A program made the position numbers and the translations under genes. A model generated the notes under the pieces. It was not told the origin of the DNA, ran no database searches, and worked only from the letters and a program-made list of their open reading frames with translations. 56,985 nucleotides of DNA from the NCBI GenBank assembly GCA_035622675.1, contig DASPUW010000433.1:1-56985 (forward strand), read 5' to 3'. Source of the DNA: Burkholderiales bacterium (lineage in GTDB: Bacteria; Pseudomonadota; Gammaproteobacteria; Burkholderiales; SHXO01). Shown piece after piece: positions 48,924 through 56,985 of this stretch (position 1 is its first letter; each line of letters opens with the position of its first letter).

Positions 48924-49280
48924 CTACAACCTGTCGTGCTTGAGGGCATTACCGCGCGCTCTCTCGACGGGATATTTCTCGGCGTTGAGCTTCAGTTTTT
49001 TCTCACCGGCGGCCACGAGGTCGATCTCGAGCTTGTCGCATAGACGCAGCAGGTAGAGGAGCACATCCGCCGCTTCCAGCTCGACCTCAGCCCGTGTCTG
49101 ATCAGGCAGCCGGGTGCTCTGTTCGGGGGTCAGCCACTGAAACGGCTCTACCAGCTCACCGGCCTCCGCTGCCAGCGCCATGACCAGATTCTTGGGTGTG
49201 TGGAATTGGTCCCAGTCCCGCTGCGCTGCGAATTCTCGCAGCTGGGCCTGAAGCCTCCCGAGGCGGTCGATATCCGGCAT
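48924..49280 (-). CDS. MazG-like nucleotide pyrophosphohydrolase
   Basis: LREFAAQRDWDQFHTPKNLVMALAAEAGELVEPFQW. Confidence 0.85.
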   Translation of the reverse strand: MPDIDRLGRLQAQLREFAAQRDWDQFHTPKNLVMALAAEAGELVEPFQWLTPEQSTRLPDQTRAEVELEAADVLLYLLRLCDKLEIDLVAAGEKKLKLNAEKYPVERARGNALKHDRL

Positions 49281-49349
49281 GGCTGGCTCTCCTGGCTGCG
49301 CGCGGAACGTTGACCGCGCGCGGCGCCAGTATATCGACAGCGACGGATG

Positions 49350-50138
49350 TCAGACGGGGCGTGTGCCGAGGCAGTGCGGCACGGAGCAGCCGAAGAACTC
49401 GGCGTGCGCCTGTGTTTTTCGCAGAACCATGGGCGCGCCGCACACGGGGCAGTCCAGTAGCTCGGCAAGCGGCGGCCCGAGGTAGGGTTCGCGCCGCGGC
49501 GAGGGCTCGGTGTATCGCGGCCTGCGCCCGGTTCCGCGGTTGATGAGCTCGATGAGGGCGCGTCCCTCGATCAGTCCGATCGGCTTGTCTGCCACCCACG
49601 CCCGCGCGTCGGAGCCGACTTCTTCGGAAGTCACGATCAGGCCGCCGCTCGCGGCCTCGGACGACATCACCTCATGCAGCCCGCGCACAGCCTCGACGCC
49701 GACCTGGGCGCCGGTGCGGTGCAGGCTGCGCACGAGAATTCTCTGGTTCGACTTGCGCAGAACGAAGCGCAGGCCATCCCTGGAATCGCCCCGAGCGCGC
49801 TCCTCTACGTCATATCCCTGTGCCCTGAAGCTTTGAGTCAGTAGACGCTCGAACTCTCTCTGTGAAAGCCGCTGGAGGGATGACATGCTCGAGTCGGGCT
49901 TGAGCGACGCCCGGCGCCTGAGCTGTCGCGCGAGGACGAGGGGCGCGAGAACGACCATCGCCGCCGCCCCCCAGGGGGCAGCGGCCCTGAGCGTAGGGAG
50001 CGCGCGCAGTTCGGGCGCCTTGCCCGCGCAGACTGCGGGCGAGTCGACGACAGCGCACGCCGCAGCCACGCATGCGAGGACGCGACTGAATCGGAAAGTG
50101 AGCGGGGCGCTCCTGGCTGCGCTGCGTCGACTGGCCAT
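49350..50138 (-). CDS. membrane-anchored Mrr-like restriction-endonuclease-fold protein with a C-terminal zinc ribbon
   Basis: LSQREFERLLTQSFRAQGYDVEE...IVTSEEVGSDA...LIEGRALIELI (Mrr_cat-like), then CPVCGAPMVLRK...FFGCSVPHC. Confidence 0.7.
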   Translation of the reverse strand: MASRRSAARSAPLTFRFSRVLACVAAACAVVDSPAVCAGKAPELRALPTLRAAAPWGAAAMVVLAPLVLARQLRRRASLKPDSSMSSLQRLSQREFERLLTQSFRAQGYDVEERARGDSRDGLRFVLRKSNQRILVRSLHRTGAQVGVEAVRGLHEVMSSEAASGGLIVTSEEVGSDARAWVADKPIGLIEGRALIELINRGTGRRPRYTEPSPRREPYLGPPLAELLDCPVCGAPMVLRKTQAHAEFFGCSVPHCLGTRPV

Positions 50139-50281
50139 TGGAGAGGCGCAAGAGCAAGGTTTCGGCCAGCTGCTTTGCTGACTTCGGAATCAACCAGGCT
50201 GGGGCCGGAACGGCGCAGGCTCGCCGGGCAGCGGATCCCGTGGCGCGCGGACGGTGGCAGTCTTGGCTAGAAGAGCGGGAA

Positions 50282-50977
50282 CTACCGTGTTCGCCGGCGC
50301 GACAGGCCGAGAGCAGCGAATGCGAGTCCAGCCAGCGCGAGGCTTGCCGGTTCCGGGACCGCGGCCGGATCAAGTGCCACGGCGGCCGCCAAAATCGGAG
50401 GATCGTCGACGGTAAAGGTGAGGTTGTCCAACCCAAACACCCAATTGCCAGGGCGCGACAGCTGCAGGCTGGTCACGTCGTCGGCGTCGACCGAGAACAG
50501 GTAACTCAAGTCCGAGGCGTTGACTCGTTGAGTCCCTGCTGCCGCCTGGAAGACGAGATCATCTGCGGCAAAAGCTTGTACCGAAACCTTGTCTCCCGGC
50601 TGCCCGAACGGGACAAACACGAACGAGATGTCCCTGACGGGATTCGTGAACGAGATCGTAATCGTCTGCGCACGGGCGCCCTTGGAGTTCCAGTTCTCCA
50701 GGATCTGGCCCTGCACGAGGCTGCCGCAGCCACCGGCGCAATCGTCGCTGGTGGCTATGGGCGTCACCGTGGCGCTCCCCGAAATGGTCACATCGTCGGC
50801 CAGATACTGAACGTCGACCGCGCTGTTGTTCGGGAGCGGAGTGATGCCGTCCGCCAGCGTGTCGAAGGTGATCGTGATCGGGCCAGCGGCGGCGCTGAAG
50901 GCGAGCAGTGCGCCGGCGGCGCCGGCGAGGGCGCGGAGCGTGTTGTGCATTCTGTCGATGATCCTGTCGAAGGTCAC
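50282..50977 (-). CDS. PEP-CTERM sorting-domain protein
   Basis: N-terminal signal peptide. The C-terminus is VPEPASLALAGLAFAALGLSRRRTR (PEP motif, TM helix, Arg cluster). Confidence 0.85.
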   Translation of the reverse strand: MTFDRIIDRMHNTLRALAGAAGALLAFSAAAGPITITFDTLADGITPLPNNSAVDVQYLADDVTISGSATVTPIATSDDCAGGCGSLVQGQILENWNSKGARAQTITISFTNPVRDISFVFVPFGQPGDKVSVQAFAADDLVFQAAAGTQRVNASDLSYLFSVDADDVTSLQLSRPGNWVFGLDNLTFTVDDPPILAAAVALDPAAVPEPASLALAGLAFAALGLSRRRTR

Positions 50978-51539
50978 CGTGTGCTCACTCTGACGGAGGC
51001 CACGTGGCCTGTGAAATCAAGCTAATAATCATTCATCTGCGTTGTAGGAAATCCCGCAGCGGTGGCCAGAGTAGCGCGAGCCTGATGTGCTGTCGAAAAA
51101 CGTCATGGCACTGTGGACCGCGCGCTGGATGGCTGGGAGAAGGTCCTTCGGATATTGAAAGCCTGTGGAAATGGTTAATCCCATCAACGCGTTAGGATCG
51201 ATCCTCAGCACCGCTAGACCTTTCACCGACGCCCGGTCGACTCGCGATCGTGCCCGAACTGCGAGGATGAGAGCGAGACCAGCCGATGCCGTGGCCGAAT
51301 TCCCGGCTCCCGGCCTGGGCAGCAACGTCGTGCTCACGCGCACAAGACCTGGGAGAACAGCGCCGCGTGCGCGCGAACTGATCGCGTCGTGAGACCCATA
51401 CCGTATTCGCCCGCAAAGGAGTACAGTTTCAGCGCACCTTGTAGAGCGCGTTTGCTGCTGCATTGGCAAGACGCAAGACGAAAGCGAGTGTGCACACTAC
51501 AAATGCAGTAAATATCCCGACTCGAAGGGGGAATACCAG

Positions 51540-51989
51540 ATGAAACTCAAAGTTAACCAGCAAGACAGGAACTACGACGGCGATCCCGACATGCCGCTGA
51601 TGTGGTACCTGCGCGACGAGCTCACGCTCACCGGTACCAAGTTCGGCTGCGGCGTCGGACTGTGCGGTGCGTGTACGGTGCACCTCGATGGCAAAGCGGT
51701 GCGTTCCTGCGTCGTCACCATGAAAGAGGCTTCGGGCCATGCGGTGACCACTATCGAAGGCCTGTCGACTGACGGCAATCATCCAGTGCAAAAGGCGTGG
51801 CGGGCAGAGAACGTTCCGCAGTGCGGCTATTGCCAGCCTGGGCAGATCATGCAGGCGGCGGCACTGATCTCGGAGAAGGGCAAGCCGACGGACGAGGAAA
51901 TTTACGTCGCGATGTCCGGGAACATCTGCCGGTGCGGTTGCTATCAGCGTATTTTTGCGGCGATCAAGACCGCCGCGCAGGGGGCCTAA
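51540..51989 (+). CDS. (2Fe-2S)-binding small subunit of an IorAB/aldehyde-oxidase-type molybdoenzyme
   Basis: [12 protein letters not shown]..., [16 protein letters not shown]. Confidence 0.9.
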   Translation: MKLKVNQQDRNYDGDPDMPLMWYLRDELTLTGTKFGCGVGLCGACTVHLDGKAVRSCVVTMKEASGHAVTTIEGLSTDGNHPVQKAWRAENVPQCGYCQPGQIMQAAALISEKGKPTDEEIYVAMSGNICRCGCYQRIFAAIKTAAQGA

Positions 51990-51990
51990 G

Positions 51991-54312
51991 ATGAGAAACC
52001 ACAAAGTCATCCATCGGGCCGTCATTGAGAACGTTAGCCGACGCGATGTGCTTAAAGGCATCGTTGCAACCGGCGGCCTCGTTATCGCAGCTCAGTTCTT
52101 CCCGCGCTCGGTGCTGGCGGACGGCGGCTCGGTCAACGCATACAAGACCGGCGCCGACGGCATGCCAGGCGGAACTGTGTACGACCCGCATGTGTTCGTG
52201 TCCATCGCTCCGGACGGAACCGTCACGATCGTGGCGCATCGTTCGGAAATGGGAACCGGCTCACGCACCAGCCTGCCCATGGTCGTCGCGGACGAAATGG
52301 AAGCGGATTGGTCCCGCGTCAAGATTGTGCAGGCCCCGGGGAACGAGCCGAAGTACGGCAACCAGGACACGGATGGGTCGCGCAGCATCCGCCACTTCAT
52401 CCAGCCGATGCGTGCTTGCGGCGCGGCGACGCGCCAGATGCTGGAGGACGCAGCGGCTCTGACGTGGGGCGTGTCCGATACGGAGTGCCGCGCGCAGAAC
52501 CACAAAGTCATCCACGTCCCGACCGGCAGGTCACTCGGGTATGGCGAATTGGCGGCAGCGGCCGCTGCATTGAAGACGCCCCCGATGAACAGCCTGACGC
52601 TCAAGGACCCGTCGCAGTTCCGCTACATCGGCAAGGGTGTCGTTCAGATCACCGATCTGCGCGACATCACCATGGGCAAAGCCGTGTATGCGCAGGACGC
52701 TCATGTTCCTGGAATGCTGTTCGCGCAGATCGAGCGGCCACCTGTCGTGCTGGGCAAAGCGGTGTCGTACGACGAAGCCGCCGCGATGAAAGTGCCGGGC
52801 GTGGTGAAGGTCGTCAAGATCGACCCGACGCCGATGCCGGCGAAGTTCGCTCCGCTGGGCGGCGTTGCCGTCATTGCGACCAATACCTTTGCCGCCGCAA
52901 AGGCTCGCAAGGTGTTGAACGTCCAGTGGGATGACGGTCCCAACAAGGACTACGACTCCGATGCCTTCAAGCAGAAGATGGCCGAGCAGGCGCACAAGCC
53001 CGGCCGCGTCGAGCGCAACGAGGGCGACGTCGACAAGGCGCTCGCCGGTGCCGACAAGGTGGTTGAGCGCGATTACTACATCCCGCATTTCTCACATGCG
53101 ACGATGGAGCCGCCAGCCGCAGTGGTGCAGATCAACGGCAACAAAGCCGATGTGTGGGCTTGCGTGCAGAGCCCAGGCGGGACGCGCGGCGATGTCGCCA
53201 AGCTGCTCGGCCTGAAGGAAGACGACGTCACGGTCAACGTTACCTTGTTGGGCGGCGGTTTCGGGCGCAAGTCGAAGTGCGACTTCGTGCTGGAAGCCGC
53301 GATCCTGTCCAAGGCGATGGGCGGCAAGCCGGTCAAAGTGGTGTGGACGCGCGAGGACGATATTCAGCACGCCTTCTACCACGCGGTGTCGTATCAGCAC
53401 GTGACTGCGGGCATCAAGGGCGGCAAGGTAGTGGCCTGGCGGCATCGCAGCGTCGCGCCATCGCTCATGTCGAACTTCATGCCGGACCCGCATCGCGAAA
53501 GCTCGCTCGAGCTGGGCCTGGGCCTGATCGACACGCCGTTCAACGTGCCGAACCTGCGCCTTGAAACCGGTGAAGCGACCTCGCATGCGCGCATCGGATG
53601 GTTCCGTTCAGTCAACAACATTCCGCACGCGTTCGCCATGCAGTCGATGGTGGCGGAGCTGGCTGCCGAAATGGGCAAGGATCAGAAGGACTTTTTGCTC
53701 GAGATGATCGGCCCGCCGCGCATCGTGGACCCGCGCAAGACGGTGACCAACGATCTGTGGAACTACGGCGATCCGTGGGACACCTACCCGATCGATACCG
53801 CACGAACCCGTCGTGTCGTCGAGATCGCAGCCAAAGAAGCCGGCTGGGGACGCAAACTGCCGAAGGGTCACGGGATGGGCATCGCGGTTCAACGCAGCTT
53901 CCTGACGTACGTCGCGACAGTGGTCGAGGTTGCGGTGGACGACAAGGGGAACGTCTCGGTGCCGCGGGTGGATACGGCGATCGACGCCGGCTTCACGATC
54001 AATCCCGAGCGCATCCGCTCTCAGATCGAGGGCGCGGCGGTCATGGGGTTGAGCATCGCCAAGTACACGCAGATTACGTTCAAGAACGGTCGTGTGCAGC
54101 AGAACAACTTCCACGACTACAAGGTGCTGCGTATCGGCGAAGGCGCGATGGACGTGCGCACGCACATCGTGCCGAACGGCATCGAGGTCCCGTCGAGTGG
54201 TGTGGGCGAGCCCGGCGTTCCGCCGTTCGCGCCCGCGTTCGTCAACGCGATCTACAACGCAACCGGCAAGCGCATCCGCACGCTGCCGCTGGGAGACCAG
54301 CTCAGCGCGTGA
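51991..54312 (+). CDS. molybdopterin-binding large subunit (IorB/xanthine dehydrogenase family), Tat-exported
   Basis: SRRDVLKG twin-arginine motif and a 773-aa Moco-binding domain. Start set at MRNHKVIH, directly after the small-subunit stop. Confidence 0.9.
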   Translation: MRNHKVIHRAVIENVSRRDVLKGIVATGGLVIAAQFFPRSVLADGGSVNAYKTGADGMPGGTVYDPHVFVSIAPDGTVTIVAHRSEMGTGSRTSLPMVVADEMEADWSRVKIVQAPGNEPKYGNQDTDGSRSIRHFIQPMRACGAATRQMLEDAAALTWGVSDTECRAQNHKVIHVPTGRSLGYGELAAAAAALKTPPMNSLTLKDPSQFRYIGKGVVQITDLRDITMGKAVYAQDAHVPGMLFAQIERPPVVLGKAVSYDEAAAMKVPGVVKVVKIDPTPMPAKFAPLGGVAVIATNTFAAAKARKVLNVQWDDGPNKDYDSDAFKQKMAEQAHKPGRVERNEGDVDKALAGADKVVERDYYIPHFSHATMEPPAAVVQINGNKADVWACVQSPGGTRGDVAKLLGLKEDDVTVNVTLLGGGFGRKSKCDFVLEAAILSKAMGGKPVKVVWTREDDIQHAFYHAVSYQHVTAGIKGGKVVAWRHRSVAPSLMSNFMPDPHRESSLELGLGLIDTPFNVPNLRLETGEATSHARIGWFRSVNNIPHAFAMQSMVAELAAEMGKDQKDFLLEMIGPPRIVDPRKTVTNDLWNYGDPWDTYPIDTARTRRVVEIAAKEAGWGRKLPKGHGMGIAVQRSFLTYVATVVEVAVDDKGNVSVPRVDTAIDAGFTINPERIRSQIEGAAVMGLSIAKYTQITFKNGRVQQNNFHDYKVLRIGEGAMDVRTHIVPNGIEVPSSGVGEPGVPPFAPAFVNAIYNATGKRIRTLPLGDQLSA

Positions 54313-54361
54313 GGAAGACAGTTCTCCCGGACAGCGTTCGGGAGCGTTAGTAGAAGTGAAG

Positions 54362-54396
54362 AACGCCCGCTCGGAAACGAGCGGGCGTTTTCTTTC
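54362..54396 (+). terminator. rho-independent terminator after the molybdoenzyme operon
   Basis: AACGCCCGCTC-GGAAAC-GAGCGGGCGTT followed by TTCTTTC. Confidence 0.7.
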
Positions 54397-54920
54397 AGAG
54401 TTTCGACTGAACCGCCCCCGCGGCGGGGTTCTTGTGGTTTGACCCGCGCTCGTCACAGTCGACCTGCCTGCCCAGAGCGCACAGGTGCGTCCGCAAATAC
54501 CACGTCGCTCCATCCTGTCCGATGGATTGTGCGCAAAGCGAGTCGATCGCGAGCCAGGCCACCGAGAGAACGCTGTACACCACCACGATAGCGACATCCA
54601 TCGGCCGTGTGGATGCGGATCCATTGTTCGGTAGCATGACTGGCCTCCCATGACGGTTCCGTAACCCCGGGGCGGGCGGTCCAGTGTGTCCCCTCCTCGT
54701 AATCCAGATGTGTCACGAGCGAGGCGATTTGTTTCAATTGTTTCCTAGTGTCTCTTCGGGTAGACAGCGGGGACAGAACTGAGCGAGTCTCAGCACCGTG
54801 GTGGACAGTCGTGACGTTGCGGTTACCGCTCGGGGGCGCATTTGCATGTGCCGCAGCGGTTGTCACCTATGTCTTAGGTACGCTCCGTTACCCATGTCTC
54901 CGGGCCGGACGTTGATTTTT

Positions 54921-54965
54921 TGGCCGGGGAGGTGGGATTCGAACCCACGATCTCCTGGTTCAGAG
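54921..54965 (-). other. 3' fragment of a tRNA gene (anticodon loop to CCA), a putative att remnant
   Basis: The reverse complement reads CTCTGAA-CCAGG-AGATC-GTGGG-TTCGAAT-CCCAC-CTCCCCG-G-CCA: a perfect T-arm, an acceptor 3' strand, a discriminator base and CCA. No complementary 5' acceptor or D-arm lies upstream. Confidence 0.6.
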
Positions 54966-55034
54966 GACGACTCCCATTTCGCCAACCTTTAGCTCTCAAT
55001 AGGTTACTGCTTCGACCACCCTCCACTTTCACCA

Positions 55035-55510
55035 ACGAAAAAGCCGAGATCGACGCGACCTCAGCCCAGGTGCACATCTCTCAATCCAAGTCGAGCAGGC
55101 CGCGATACATCCCGCTGAACCAGGAAGGTTTAGAACTGTTCCACGCCCTTGTCGCCGAACAGGCTGCTGACGACTTGGTGTTTGCCAGGCACGATGGCCT
55201 GCCCTGGAGAAAGAATCATCACGTTCGGCCTCTAGCCCAGGCGTGTCGAGCGGCGAAGGTAAGTCCGGGGATCGCGCTTCACGAACTACGCCACACCTAC
55301 GCCTCACACTTGGCCCAAGCCGGCGTAGATCTGTTGACTATCAGCAGGCTTCTGGGGCATTCCGATACCCGAACAACATCGAAGCACTACGCGCATCTGT
55401 CTGACAAAGCCTTAGCGCAGGCGGTAAACAAGCTATCTAGCTTCGAAAGCGAGCCGAAGAGAAAGCCCAGGGCCGTTCGCACATCTCTCCGCCGCGGCCG
55501 CAAGTCATGA
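55035..55510 (+). pseudogene. tyrosine recombinase/phage integrase, C-terminal catalytic fragment only
   Basis: RPRYIPLNQEGLELF...HELRHTYASHLAQAGVDLLTISRLLGHSDTRTTSKHYAH (HxxR, LLGH and the catalytic Tyr are present). The N-terminal SAM-like domain and the first catalytic Arg region are missing. The ORF's N-terminus reads through the tRNA fragment. Confidence 0.75.
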
Positions 55511-55819
55511 GCACTGGGACTAAACTGGGCTTCTTGAAACTGCCGATAAACCAACGCGGAACATAAAATGCCGCTCGTGCTACTTCACTTGCGTGATCTT
55601 GCCACCTTTGAGGACGGAGGAAATATGACAATGAAAGCGGCATGAAGCATTCGAAGCGAGCTTCTGACCACGATGTATGACCGTGTGGCGACCGTGACGA
55701 ATCCTGTCACAGAGCGGCTGCGTGGGAGAGTTGCATCAGCAACGAACCTCGCCATTGCCTATAGACTGCCGACTCGCTCGAGATCGTTTGCCTAGTTTCC
55801 AGAGGAAGGAGGATTATGA

Positions 55820-56086
55820 ATGGACGCTAAGCCCCGTTTCATCCGGTTCCTGCACGCATCTGCTTGCGCGGCTCTGTTGGCGGCCGGTGCCACTCCGGAT
55901 ATCTTCGCTCAACAGGATCAGAAATGCTCGGATTCCATCCCCTCGGAGTGCAAGACTGTGCGACCCCTGGGCGAAATATCCGGATGCGCATGTTTCGTGT
56001 GTAACCCAGACAAGTCCAACGAACAGACGGTCTGCTCTCAGAACCCACGTACCAAAGAAGAGCTCTTGAAAAGGCCGCGCGCATAG
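55820..56086 (+). CDS. small secreted Cys-rich protein (88 aa)
   Basis: Signal peptide (FLHASACAALLAAGATPDIFAQ). The mature part of about 58 aa has 6 Cys (C-x8-C...GCAC-x2-C...C). Lower GC than the surroundings. Confidence 0.5.
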   Translation: MDAKPRFIRFLHASACAALLAAGATPDIFAQQDQKCSDSIPSECKTVRPLGEISGCACFVCNPDKSNEQTVCSQNPRTKEELLKRPRA

Positions 56087-56094
56087 GAATCATC

Positions 56095-56688
56095 ATGACG
56101 TCTATCGACCCTTCGACGCCTCACATCGAGAGGCTAGCGCAAGCAATCGACGATCTGAAATCAACGCTTCTGACCGAATTGAAAGCGAAGGATCCGGGCT
56201 GGTGGAGGGTTGTTCAGCTGATCCTGCCTGTAGTGCTCACGAGCCTCCTAGGCCTTGTCGTCTGGAACTTTCAATCGAACATTCAGAGAAGCCTCGACGA
56301 GAAGGCTAGCCGGCTGCAGGCTCAGCTCGGAGTAACGCAGCACCTCTACGAGCAACGACTGACCGCGTACAAGGAACTGTACGATAAGGCGTGGGAAGTA
56401 CATCTGTCTATTCAGGATGTGAAGACAAACGCCTCGAAGGCAACGCTTGCCAGAAAACATCTCCATGACAGTCTTAAGGCCCTAAGCGTGGTACAGAACG
56501 CCAATAAAATCATCGCCAGCCGAGAGCTGAACGACATTCTGCTCAATGCCTGGCTCGACATCATCAAGAACGACACTGAGGCCGGCGATGCGGCGCTGGT
56601 GAGTCAGGTTGCGGATCAGATGCGCAGTGATTTGCTTGTGGACAGGCTCGGCCCGGAGAAGGTCCTCACGACAGGTCAAGGGAGATAG
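56095..56688 (+). CDS. hypothetical single-pass membrane protein, helical/coiled-coil
   Basis: 197 aa with a TM helix (VVQLILPVVLTSLLGLVVW). Starts 9 nt after the Cys-rich ORF. No recognised family. Confidence 0.5.
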   Translation: MTSIDPSTPHIERLAQAIDDLKSTLLTELKAKDPGWWRVVQLILPVVLTSLLGLVVWNFQSNIQRSLDEKASRLQAQLGVTQHLYEQRLTAYKELYDKAWEVHLSIQDVKTNASKATLARKHLHDSLKALSVVQNANKIIASRELNDILLNAWLDIIKNDTEAGDAALVSQVADQMRSDLLVDRLGPEKVLTTGQGR

Positions 56689-56985
56689 TCCATTTTCCGA
56701 AGCGAGCCTAACATTTCGCGGCCGCAACTTATGAGCGTTGCGACTGAGCTGCGGCTTCTTGAAGCGTCGCTACGCCGCGATGGTAACTCTGGCCGCCGAC
56801 ACTGAGCATATGCAAGAAAGGCACTACCGTGGCGGCGCGTCGATCCGCTTGGTGGTAACTGCGTCGCCGCGGGTCGGCGAGTGCGGCGGTCGGGCGGTCC
56901 AGGCAGTGCTCAAGGTGGAGAGGGCGCAACCGTGACCGGTCCGATAGTAAGGATCGCGTGCTTGTAAATCCCCCAAAGCCCCTCT

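Larger units (their letters stand above)
54921..56985. mobile_element. remnant of a tRNA-targeted integrative element (left end only; runs off the window)
   Basis: tRNA 3' fragment, truncated integrase, and visibly lower GC (about 50% by eye) over roughly 55500-56700 with orphan genes. Confidence 0.4.

Noticed and set aside
54395-54637. 80-aa minus-strand ORF with one hydrophobic segment between the molybdoenzyme terminator and the tRNA fragment
   Set aside because: It has no motif and no obvious ribosome-binding site, and it overlaps other equally unconvincing ORFs. Coding status cannot be supported.
54921-54997. Possible complete tRNA gene on the minus strand
   Set aside because: The T-arm, acceptor 3' strand and CCA are perfect. 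However, the sequence 5' of the anticodon loop cannot pair with the anticodon-stem 3' half, gives no D-arm, and does not contain the required CGGGGAG acceptor strand. It was kept only as a 3' fragment.
56729-56985. Reading frames open to the right window edge on the minus strand
   Set aside because: The translations are Arg/Pro/Ala-rich with no recognisable C-terminal domain. Evidence is insufficient for a partial CDS.

Overview
GC-rich (by eye about 65%) proteobacterial chromosomal segment, densely coding and mostly housekeeping or envelope genes. All family assignments below rest on motif recognition from the translated ORFs; no database search was run.

Contents, left to right:
- A TonB/ExbB/ExbD/ExbD/TPR energy-transduction cluster with a TonB-dependent outer-membrane receptor, divergent from a NikR nickel regulator.
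- Assorted metabolic and regulatory genes: VOC, LysR, DapA-like, M48 protease.
- A co-directional block of two periplasmic PPIases (one EpsD-like) and an EpsA-like LuxR regulator. It sits next to a tightly overlapping 10-gene type II secretion / type IV pilus-like operon: GspG, GspF, GspE, four PilM/N/O/P-like assembly proteins, a lipoprotein secretin with extra domains, and two further GspG-like pseudopilins.
- CoA-transferases, glutathione peroxidase, DUF72, and a GGDEF cyclase.
- groES-groEL with a sigma-32-type promoter.
- A three-gene 2-oxoacid:ferredoxin/NAD(P) oxidoreductase set (GltD-like/ferredoxin fusion plus KorA and KorB).
- An OmpA-family lipoprotein with a long low-complexity linker, a GST, a 1370-aa AsmA-family protein, RlmJ, MazG-like and Mrr-like genes, and a PEP-CTERM sorting-signal protein.
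- An IorA/IorB-type molybdoenzyme.
- At the right edge, a tRNA 3' fragment abutting a truncated tyrosine integrase and lower-GC cargo that runs off the window.

The best candidate for something not well described is the non-canonical T2SS/T4P-hybrid operon, which is physically coupled to PEP-CTERM/exosortase-associated regulators and foldases (EpsA-like, EpsD-like). The functional link is inference only.

No rRNA, intact tRNA or CRISPR array was seen. Many long ORFs in the track are antisense shadow ORFs typical of high-GC DNA and were rejected. Coordinates of non-ORF features may be off by 1-2 nt.
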